From: Macrostomum hystrix
Lineage: Eukaryota > Animalia > Platyhelminthes
Length of the DNA: 64,000 nucleotides
Direction of reading: 5' to 3'
NCBI GenBank assembly: GCA_950097015.1
Contig: CATNEN010000011.1
Coordinates: 1,984,001-2,048,000 of the forward strand
A program made the translations under genes and the position numbers. The notes below the pieces were generated by a model. That model made no database searches. It saw only the letters and a program-made list of their open reading frames with translations, and was not told the DNA's origin. Positions 12,575-24,200 of this stretch are shown here, piece after piece; position 1 is the stretch's first letter, and every line of letters begins with the position of its first letter.

Positions 12575-13665
12575 AGATCATGAAGTGTGGGATTTCAGCC
12601 TGAAGATCGTGAAGTGTGGAATTTCAGTGTGAATATCATGAAGTGTGGGATTTCAGTGTGAATATCATGAAGTGTGGAATTTCAGTGTGAATATCATGAA
12701 GTGTGGGATTTCAGTATGGATATCATGAAGTGTGGGATTTCAGTGTGAATATCATGAAGTGTGGGATTTCAGTATGAAGATCATGAAGTGTGGGATTTCA
12801 GTATGAAGATCATGAAGTGTGGGATTTCAGTATGGATATCATGAAGTGTGGGATTTCAGTATGAATATCATGAAGTGTGGGATTTCAGTATGAATATCAT
12901 GAAGTGTGGGATTTCAGTATGAATATCATGAAGTGTGGGATTTCAGTATGGATATCATGAAGTGTGGAATTTCAGTATGAATATCATGAAGTGTGGGATT
13001 TCAGTATGGATATCATGAAGTGTGGGATTTCAGTATGAAGATCATGAAGTGTGGGATTTCAGTATGGATATCATGAAGTGTGGGATTTCAGTATGGATAT
13101 CATGAAGTGTGGGATATCAGTATAGATATCATGAAGTGTGGGATTTCAGTGTGAATATCATGAAGTGTGGGATTTCAGTATGGATATCATGAAGTGTGGG
13201 ATTTCAGTATGAAGATCATGAAGTGTGGGATTTCAGTATGAAGATCATGAAGTGTGGGATTTCAGTATGAAGATCATGAAGTGTGGGATTTCAGTTTGAA
13301 GATCATGAAGTGTGGGATTTCAGTATGGATATCATGAAGTGTGGGATTTCAGTATGGATATCATGAAGTGTGGGATTTCAGTATAGATATCATGAAGTGT
13401 GGGATTTCAGTATGAATATCATGAAGTGTGGAATTTCAGTATGAAGATCATGAAGTGTGGGATTTTCAGTATGAAGATCATGAAGTGTGGGATTTCAGTA
13501 TGAAGATCATGAAGTGTGGGATTTCAGTATGAAGATCATGAAGTGTGGGATTTCAGTATGAAGATCATGAAGTGTGGGATTTCAGCCTGAATATCATGAT
13601 GTGTGGGATTTCAGCCTGAAGATCATGAAGTGTGGGATTTCAGCCTGAAGATCATGAAGTGTGGG
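12575..13665. repeat. 29-bp minisatellite (ATGAAGTGTGGGATTTCAGTATGAATATC)n, ~37 copies
   Basis: Direct inspection. Confidence 0.97.
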
Positions 13666-13738
13666 AGAAGTGTGTTGATATTTTTGTGTATGATTTCCGA
13701 TTTCGTCATGTCAGTTTCCTAATAACTTTCTAATTTTA

Positions 13739-13744
13739 AATAAA
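13739..13744 (+). terminator. Candidate polyadenylation signal (AATAAA) for RBMX2
   Basis: First AATAAA seen downstream of the stop codon, after the 29-bp array. Confidence 0.45.
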
Positions 13745-14094
13745 TTTAATTCAGTATGTAAATACCAATTATACACGCAGCAAATCTGTTTAAAAATGAA
13801 TTTAACGCAATAGTGAACAAAATGTTGCAATAATTACTTATTATATTGGTGGGAAATCTATGACTTAATTATAGAAACAACTGTTAAAAATTAGTGTGTA
13901 TTGTGAAAACTCACCAAAACTTTTTGACAGGGAAGTTACTGGCACTTTTACTTCGCTGAATCTGCACTAAGCAGAAAAAAGTTTCAACAAAAAAGTTCGG
14001 CTTTTAAGTCCATTAAAAATCTCAGACGGCACTACATTTATATGTTCTATACGTTTCATATGCTATATATAATTCTTATAGCCAGACAGATGTC

Positions 14095-15017
14095 CTCTGA
14101 CCTATCACAGCTCGCAACAGGTGCTTCCTGACAGCTACAGCCAGTTCTAGACACTCCCGACCAATCACAACCCTCCAGTTTCTTTCTGACAGCTACAGCC
14201 AGCTCTAGACAGTCCCGACCAATCACCAGTTTCTTTCTGACAGCTACAGCCAGCTCTAGACAGTCCCGACCAATCACCAGTTTCTTTCTGACAGCTACAG
14301 CCAGTTCTAGACAATCCCGACCAATCACAGCTCACTCCACTTGCTTCTGGACAGCAATAGGCAGTTCTAGACAATCCCGACCAATCACAACCCTGCAGTT
14401 TCTTTCTGACAGCTACAGCCAGTTCTAGACAACCCCGACCAATCACAACCCTGCAGTTTCTTTCTGACAGCTACAGCCAGTTCTAGACAACCCCGACCAA
14501 TCACAACCCTGCAGTTTCTTTCTGACAGCTACAGCCAGTTCTAGACACTCCCGACCAATCACAACCATTCAGTTTCTTTCTGACAGCTACAGCCAGTTCT
14601 AGACACTCCCGGCCAATCACAACCCTCCAGTTTCTTTCTGACAGCTACAGCCAGTTCTAGACACTCCCGACCAATCACAACCCTTCCGTTTCTTTCTGAC
14701 AGCTACAGCCAGTTCTAGACACTCCCGACCAATCACAACCCTCCAGTTTCTTTCTGACAGCTACAGCCAGTTCTATACACTCCTGACCAATCATAACCCT
14801 CCAGTTTCTTTCTGACAGCTACAGCCAGTTCTATACACTCCCGACCAATCACAACCCTTCAGTTTCTTTCTGAGAGCTGCAGCCAGTTCTATTATCTATG
14901 CACTCCCGACCAATCACAACCCTCCAGTTTCTTTCTGACAGCTACAGCCAGTTCTAAACACTCCCGACTAATCACAGCTCACTCCACTTGCTTCTGGACA
15001 GCAATAGGCAGTTCTAG
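14095..15017. repeat. ~58-bp minisatellite, each unit containing GACCAATCAC
   Basis: Unit CTGACAGCTACAGCCAGTTCTAGACACTCCCGACCAATCACAACCCTCCAGTTTCTTT with some shorter variants. Confidence 0.95.
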
Positions 15018-15266
15018 AAATAACAGTAGTATACTACGTGGTAGCAGTACATGTAAATACTAATTTGATACAATATTAATGGGCGCAGCATTGTAACATG
15101 TTTCATTTAATTGTATGTACGAGCTAGAATCTTTAAAATCTATAGCAAAAATTTGCATCAAGTGTATGAGTCATATTATAGTTCAAAGCCGAAAGTTCAG
15201 TTTTTTCATCTTGCCTTAATATTCTCGTGTGGCTACTTTAAGTAGACAATCCAGGGAGTCCGTGTG

Positions 15267-18200
15267 CTATAGCCGCAGATGCTCAGGCAGGCCTGGAACT
15301 TGACGACGCCAATTGCTCTTGTCGTCATTAGTCAGCTTGGCTACCGGGCGCAAGAACTCCTCAGTTTGTTTCCACTTTCTGGCCTTCCTTTCCACCTCCT
15401 GTTGGGTTGAGATGTTGCACAGTGCCATATGAATAGGAATCTTGGTTTTTACTGGGAGATTTCGAGAACATTGTGTCACAAATGGGAGATTTTCAGAAGA
15501 TTATCACAATGAGAGATTTAGAAAACATATTGTCACTATGGGAGTTTTTATAACAATGGGAGATTATAAGAACATAGGGCCACAATTGCGAGACAAATCT
15601 CTTGGAATATGAACTGAGTTTAGCTACCTGAGTCCCAGAACGTCGGAACGAAACATTCTCAACGGACAGCAGCGGAAAGTACAACTTGCCGTGGCGAACA
15701 ACTTTGGCCACTTTGATGCCGCAATTCTCGCACAACAGATCAACGCCAATCTGTTCCATGCCAGGCACCTTCTTGACCTCGCCGCCCTGCTGACCTCTCA
15801 GCCGACTGATGAACATGGTAGCATCCAAGACGATGCGGTGAATGTCTCCGATGAGTTTGAGTTTAGTTGAATGTGTCAGAAAATCCTGGCACTTGCCGCA
15901 CAGAATGTCGTGGTCACTGTCTGCTGGCCTGCCACCCCCGCCGACAGCTCCGTCGTCATCCTCACGATCGAGCAGATGAGCTTGATATTCAAGCATCTAA
16001 GGAAAATATGTTCCTTATTTTAAGATCCTCACACTAAATTCAAGATCACTAAATCCTCGTCCTAGAATCCTCATCCGGAATCTGAGATCCTAGAATCCCC
16101 TTCTGGAATCTGAGATCCCAGAATCCTCATCCGGAATCTGAGATCCTAGAATCCCCTTCTGGAATCTGAGATCCCAGAATCCTCATCCGGAATCTGAGAT
16201 CCCAGAATCCTCATCCGGAATCTGAGATCCCAGCTTACTCATCCGGAATCTGAGATCCTAGAATCCCCTTCTGGAATATGGGATCCTAGAATCCCCTTCT
16301 GGAATCTGAGATCCCAGAATCCTCATCCGGAATCTGAGATCCCAGCATCCTCATCCGGAATCTGAGATCCCAGCTTACTCATCCGGAATCTGAGATCCTA
16401 GAATCCCCTTCTGGAATATGGGATCCTAGAATCCTCATCCCGAACTGGAAATCCCATAATCCTTATTCCGAACTTGAGATCCCAAAATCCTCATACCGGA
16501 AACCTTATTCGGGATCTGGATCCCATTTCGGGCTAATAAAACAGCAGTACTCACTTTGACCTCCAAATCCTTCGGCTGCATTCCTGTAACATCCATCACA
16601 GCCCGCTTCATCATTTCGTCTCTCTGCTGATTGGTCCGCTCCTTCTCCCTTAGCCACTCCTGGGTTTCGGCCACGATCACGTGATATTCGCTGTCCTTGG
16701 CGCGACCCCTACCTTTGGACTGCACCATGGAGATTTCGTTGGTGAGGTGGCAGTAGCGAACCACCAAATTGCAGTCGGGAATGTCGAGGCCCTCCTCCGT
16801 GACGCTGGTGCAGGCGATCACATTGAAGCGGCCATCCTTGAAGTCCTTGAGTCTCGCCCGCTGTTCAGCGACGTTGGTGCCGCCAGCGGCCTCGCTGGAA
16901 GTGGCGCCTGTCACGTAGGTTGCGGCGAAAGACGAGTCTGGCATGGTCCCGGGCTCATTCAAATAATCGGCCAGCACCCTAGCGTAGAATTTCTGTTGCA
17001 CAAACACGATGGCCCGTGACTTGGTCCTGCCATTCTGGCCGGCTGGCCTGCAGAACTGCTTCTTCAAGATTTTCACGAGCTCTCCGAGTGGCGGACTCGA
17101 GTCCTGCGGGTTCGGATTGTCTCATCTAGCTCATCACCCGGTTCATCTCTCCCCTGTCCTGTCTTTCAACAGTCTATGTCTAATCTTTACTGTTTCTAGG
17201 GAGGTGAGTGATGAGACTGGGGAGAGATGAGACAGGGGAGAGATGAGATTCTGGAGGGATAAGACAGGGGAGAGATGAGACATGGGAGAGATGAGACTGG
17301 GGAGGGATAAGACAGGGGAGAGATGAGACAGGGGAGAGATGAGACTGGGGAGGGATAAGACAGGGGAGAGATGAGACTGGGGAGGGATGAGACTGGGGAG
17401 AGATGAGACAGGGGAGAGATGAGACTGGGAGGGATAAGACAGGGGAGAGATGAGACAGGGGAGAGATGAGACTGGGGAGGGATAAGACAGGGGAGAGATG
17501 AGACAGGGGAGAAATGAGACAGGGGAGAGATGAGACTGGGGAGGGATGAGACTGGGGAGAGATGAGACAGGGGAGAGATGAGACTGGGGAGGGATAAGAC
17601 AGGGGAGAGATGAGACAGGGGAGAGATGAGACAGGGGAGAGATGAGGCTGGGGAGAGATGAGACTGGGGAGGGATAAGACGGGAGAGATAAGACTGGGGA
17701 GAGATGAGACAGGGGAGAGATAAGACAGGGGAGAGATGAGACGGGAGAGATGAGACTGGGGAGAGATGAGACAGGGGAGAGATGAGAATGGGGAGGGATA
17801 AGACAGGGAAGAGATAAGACTGGGGACTCGTGGGGAGAGATGAGACAGGGGAGAGATAAGACTGGGGAGGGATGAGACAGGGGAGAGATGAGACTGGGAG
17901 GGATAAGACAGGGGAGAGATGAGACAGGGGAGAGATGAGACTGGGGAGGGATAAGACAGGGGAGAGATGAGACAGGGGAGAGATGAGACAGGGGAGAGAT
18001 GAGACTGGGGAGGGATGAGACTGGGGAGAGATGAGACAGGGGAGAGATGAGACTGGGGAGGGATAAGACAGGGGAGAGATGAGACAGGGGAGAGATGAGA
18101 CAGGGGAGAGATGAGGCTGGGGAGAGATGAGACTGGGGAGGGATAAGACGGGAGAGATAAGACTGGGGAGAGATGAGACAGGGGAGAGATAAGACAGGGG

Positions 18201-21200
18201 AGAGATGAGACGGGAGAGATGAGACTGGGGAGAGATGAGACAGGGGAGAGATGAGAATGGGGAGGGATAAGACAGGGAAGAGATAAGACTGGGGACTCGT
18301 GGGGAGAGATGAGACAGGGGAGAGATAAGACTGGGGAGGGATGAGACAGGGGAGAGATGAGACTGGGAGGGATAAGACAGGGGAGAGATGAGACAGGGGA
18401 GAGATGAGACTGGGGAGGGATAAGACAGGGGAGAGATGAGACAGGGGAGAGATGAGACAGGGGAGAGATGAGACTGGGGAGGGATGAGACTGGGGAGAGA
18501 TGAGACAGGGGAGAGATGAGCACAGGGTTCGTGGACCCTACATTAGCAGCTAGAATAGATACAAACAGTGTTTTAGTTTCTGCCTAAAACTAAAATACCC
18601 AATCCACAAGAATCCCTTGGGATAATTACACTTTCAAAGCCATCGAGTGCGCAATATTATAATGAATTACTTCTGCCTGGAACTGCGCACCAGCCTGCGC
18701 AGATCAATCCCATAATGTCTGAACCGATACCAATTAACAACTGCAACACTCACTTTGGCCTCGTTCGTGTCGCAATACGTAATCAGAGGCCCCATGAATT
18801 CATCCAAGCTCTCCCTCAGGATGTTCTCAGCTCTACTGGCTGGCTGTTTGGCTATCTCGTCCGGCGCCCTGAGCGCCTTCTCCAGGTAGTGCAGAGCATC
18901 AATTGAGCGAAAATACTGGCCAATCATAAGCGTCTCATTGTAGGTGCGCAGATAGCGACTGCAGGCCAATAGATTCTTTCTCGCGGACTCGTCAGCAACT
19001 TTGTGCACATTGTACTCAATGTCCGTGCAGAAATTGATGTAGTTGGGCACGCCTCTGGGCGGCGGCGACGCAGTCGGCAGGCCCTCGCCCTGGCCCTGCG
19101 GCAGGGCGTCGATGAAATCTCTCAGCAGTGCCTCGCCCCTGCGCATCAGTCCTTTAAGCAGTCGGGCGAATTTTTCCGAGCCCGGATTACCTGGCACAAT
19201 GTGAATCTCACAGTCCGGATTCGAGGTCACGAGGTCCAAGGATGCTTTGCAACGCTGAACAGTCACCGGATAGGGGCTGTCCAGGTTGGCGCACAGGCGG
19301 ATGAGGTGGTCGTTGGCCTGCTCTGGGCGGGACGCTCTGCCGGTGCCTTGACAGTGTTAAAGTGTTGTTTAAACGCGAACGCCATCTATAGGTACTGATT
19401 TTGTGCTGGTCCAATAACCCTGCACAAACTGGTCCAATAACCCTGCACAAACTGGTCCAATAACCCTGCACAAACTGGTCCAATAACCCTGCACAAACTG
19501 GTCCAATAAACCTGCACAAACTGGTCCAATAACCCTGCACAAACTGGTCCAATAAACCTGCACAAACTGGTCCAACAACCCTGCACAAACTGGTCCAACA
19601 ACCCTGCACAAACTGGTCCAACAACCCTGCACAAACTGGTCCAATAAACCTGCACAAACTGGTCCAACACCCCTGCACAAACTGGTCCAATAAACCTGCA
19701 CAAACTGGTCCAACAACCCTGCACAAACTGGTCCAACAACCCTGCACAAACTGGTCCAATAAACCTGCACAAACTGGTCCAACACCCCTGCACAAACTGG
19801 TCCAACAACCCTGCACAAACTGGTCCAACAACCCTGCACAAACGGGTCCAACAACCCTGCACAAACTGGTCCAATAAACCTGCACAAACTGGTCCAACAA
19901 CCCTGCACAAACGGGTCCAACAACCCTGCACAAACTGGTCCAATAAACCTGCACAAACTGGTCCAACAACCCTGCACAAACTGGTCCAATAACCCTGCAC
20001 AAACTGGTCCAACAACCCTGCACAAACTGGTCCAATAACCCTGCACAAACTGGTCCAATAACCCTGCACAAACTGGTCCAAAAAACCTGCACAAACTGGT
20101 CCAACAACCCTGCAAAAACTGGTCCAACAACCCTGCACAAACTGGTCCAATAAACCTGCACAAACTGGTCCAACAACCCTGCACAAACTGGTCCAATAAC
20201 CCTGCACAAACTGGTCCAACAACCCTGCACAAACTGGTCCAACAACCCTGCACAAACTGGTCCAACAACCCTGCACAAACTGGTCCAACAACCCTGCACA
20301 AACTGGTCCAACAACCCTGCACAAACTGGTCCAACAACCCTGCACAAACTGGTCCAACAACCCTGCACAAACTGGTCCAACAACCCTGCACAAACGGGTC
20401 CAACAACCCTGCACAAACTGGTCCAATAAACCTGCACAAACTGGTCCAACAACCCTGCACAAACTGGTCCAACAACCCTGCACAAACTGGTCCAACAACC
20501 CTGCACAAACTGGTCCAACAACCCTGCACAAACTGGTCCAACAACCCTGCACAAACTGGTCCAACAACCCTGCACAAACTGGTCCAACAACCCTGCACAA
20601 ACTGGTCCAATAACCCTGCACAAACTGGTCCAATAACCCTGCACAAACTGGTCCAAAAAACCTGCACAAACTGGTCCAATAACCCTGCACAAACTGGTCC
20701 AATAAACCTGCACAAACTGGTCCAACAACCCCGCACAAACTGGTCCAACAACCCTGCACAAACTGGTCCAACAACCCTGCACAAACTGGTCCAATAACCC
20801 TGCACAAACTGGTCCAACAACCCTGCACAAACTGGTCCAACAACCCTGCACAAACTGGTCCAACAACCCTGCACAAACTGGTCCAACAACCCTGCACAAA
20901 CGGGTCCAACAACCCTGCACAAACTGGTCCAACAACCCTGCACAAACTGGTCCAACAACCCTGCACAAACTGGTCCAACAACCCTGCACAAACTGGTCCA
21001 ACAACCCTGCACAAACTGGTCCAACAACCCTGCACAAACTGGTCCAACAACCCTGCACAAACTGGTCCAACAACCCTGCACAAACTGGTCCAACAACCCT
21101 GCACAAACTGGTCCAACAACCCTGCACAAACGGGTCCAACAACCCTGCACAAACTGGTCCAATAAACCTGCACAAACTGGTCCAACAACCCTGCACAAAC

Positions 21201-24200
21201 TGGTCCAACAACCCTGCACAAACTGGTCCAACAACCCTGCACAAACTGGTCCAATAACCCTGCACAAACTGGTCCAACAACCCTGCACAAACTGGTCCAA
21301 CAACCCTGCACAAACTGGTCCAACAACCCTGCACAAACTGGTCCAACAACCCTGCACAAACGGGTCCAACAACCCTGCACAAACTGGTCCAATAAACCTG
21401 CACAAACTGGTCCAACAACCCTGCACAAACTGGTCCAATAACCCTGCACAAACTGGTCCAATAAACCTGCACAAACTGGTCCAACAACCCTGCACAAACT
21501 GGTCCAATAACCCTGCACAAACTGGTCCAACAACCCTGCACAAACTGGTCCAATAACCCTGCACAAACTGGTCCAATAACCCTGCACAAACTAGTCCAAT
21601 CTGAAGTCACCTTCAAGGCCAATCGGCCTTCCTATTCTCGATCCTTCTGAGCTCACCTGGACTAGCCGTGAGTCCAAGGATCTGTGGCAGTTTGATTCCT
21701 GGCTGGCCAGTCTCGCTTAGGTCCCTTCTGAGCCGGAAGTAGTGCAGCATCACCTCGCTGCTCGGATGCCCGCCCTGGCAGTTGTGGCACTCGTCGAATA
21801 TGAGCAGACGAAATGCAGCCAATTCGCGGCCGCCAAAACTTTCGATCTCGCGGTTGAGCGCATTGACAAGAATCTGTGTGCTCAGTACAAGCACTGAGTG
21901 CCTTTTAATAGCCTGGGCAAAGGGCAGCCGATCTTTGGTGTCTGAGCCGCCGTGAATCTTGCAGATTTTATTGCACCACCTGGCCGGCAGGTGGGCTCGA
22001 AACTCTTCGTACTGCTGCTGAACCAGCTGCGATGTTGACGCCAGGAAGGCCACCTATAATATTTGAAGGTTGGTGAATTTTAGTTTGACAAACCTGACAA
22101 GTCCTCTCATGGCTATAAATCCTGAACTCAGTTACCTTAGCATCCGGTTCCTTCTCCAGCACCTGCAGAGTCACATAGACTGCCACCAGAGTCTTGCCAG
22201 AGCCAGTCGGCGCGATTACAATCGAGTTGCGGCCAGCCAACGCCGGCTCGGCTAACTCCAGTTGATAGTCCCGCAGTTGACGATCGTTGCTAAGCAATCC
22301 AACGTTGCTAGGCAACTGAGCCGGCAGCTGATGATTGGTAAATCGGTGCGTTTCCGGTTCGAATTCGATGGCGTTGCGGTCGAACCAGTCATTGGAATAG
22401 CGGGACACTGCGCTCTGAGCTGCGTGAAACTTCTCGTCTGACTTTACGTTGTCAAGCTGCTGCTGCAGAGATGTCACCTCTGTTGATGCACCATTTTGGG
22501 AGAAATTGTCGAGTAATGATCGTTGAGCAAGTACCTCCCATTTCTCAAGCCTTCTCATGCCTCCATCCCAAAACAATCCCTCTCCCACTACCAGTCTCAT
22601 ACTCTTCACTTCCCAAACTATTTTTCTCCCCTTCACAATCTCCTCTCCCCTTCACAACCTCACTTCTCTCCCCTTCACAACCTCCTTCTCTCCCCTTCAC
22701 AACCTCCTTCTCTCCCATTCAAAACCTCCTTCTCTCCCCTTCACAACCTCCGTCTCTCTCCCTCACCATCTCCTTCTCTCCCCTTCACAACCTTCTCTCC
22801 CCTTCACAACCTCACTTCTCTCCCCTTCACAACCTCCTTCTCTCCCCTTCACAACCTTCTCTCCCCTTCACAATCTCCTTCTCTCCCCTTCACAACCTCC
22901 TTATCTCCCCTTCACAATCTCCTTCTCTCCCCTTCACAACCTTCTCTCCCCTTCACAATCTCCTTCTCTTCCCTTCACAATCTCCTTCTCTCCCCTTCAC
23001 AACCTTCTCTCCCCTTCACAACCTCCTTCTCTCCCCTTCACAATCTCCTTCTCTGCCCTTCACAATCTCCTTCTCTGCCCTTCACAATCTCTTCTGAAAG
23101 TCACTAGTTCATGACTCACTAGGCCCACACGCGTCAATAAACGGCGCAATGACGGTCAACAATTCGACAACCTCCTCCTCGTTGGCAGCGCTAATGGCGG
23201 CCATGACGAGCAGCTCGAACCAGTCATCTGGCCTTTCCTGGATGAGCCGGCAAATGGTCTCTGCGGTGATGTTAACCAGGAATTCCATTGCATGACTTAA
23301 TGCTGTGCAGTGCAGGAAAATTGGCTGGGGCATATTAGCATGAACTAGATAATGATTAAGGAACAAAATGAAGGGGTCGGGTAGAACAGGTGGCAGGGAA
23401 CCTGGTGGCACAGGTAACACAGGTAACACAGGGGAATGGATAGCCATCGCAGGGAACCTTGTGGCACAGGTAACACAGGTAACATATGGAGAATGGATAG
23501 CCATCGCAGGTGACCGGTGGCACAGGTAACACAGGGAGAATGGATAGCCATCGCAGGTGACCGGTGGCACAGGTAACACAGGGAGAATGGATAGCCATCG
23601 CAGGGAACCTGGTGGCACAGGTAACACAGGTAACACAGGGGGAATGGATAGCCATCGCAGGGGACTGATGGCACAGGTAACACAGGTAACACAGGGGGAA
23701 TGGATAGCCATCGCAGTGGACTGGTGGCACAGGTAACACAGGGAGAATGGATAGCCATCGCAGGGGACCGGTGGCACAGGTAACACAGGTAGCACAGGGA
23801 GAATGGATAGCCATCGCAGGGAACCTTGTGGCACAGGTAACACAGGGAGAATGGATAGCCATCGCAGGGGACCGGTGGCACAGGTAACACAGGTAGCACA
23901 GGGAGAATGGATAGCCATCGCAGGGGACCGGTGGCACAGGTAAAACAGGTAACACAGGTAGCACAGGGAGAATGGATAGCCATCGCAGGGGACCGGTGGC
24001 GCAGGTGGCACAGGTAACACAGGGAGAATGGATAGCCATCGCAGGGGACCGGTGGCGCAGGTGGCACAGGTAACACAGGGAGAATGGATAGCCATCGCAG
24101 GGGACCGGTGGCACAGGTAGCACAGGTAGCACAGGGAGAATGGATAGCCATCGCAGGGGACCGGTGGCACAGGTAGCACAGGTAGCACAGGGAGAATGGA

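Noticed and set aside
17180-18523. 447-aa LISPLSHLSP ORF, and similar ORFs at 22471-23114, 25260-26079, 31669-32418 and 46595-47176
   Set aside because: Translations of intronic minisatellites; real exons splice around them in phase
19208-21622. Three 730-800 aa Cys/Trp repeat ORFs
   Set aside because: A stop-free 23-bp unit gives the same 23-aa repeat in all three frames; it lies in the intron splitting helicase motif III (TASP|G)
15267-22636. Dicer as the identity of the helicase
   Set aside because: No DUF283, PAZ or RNase III domains; the gene ends after a RIG-I-type zinc CTD
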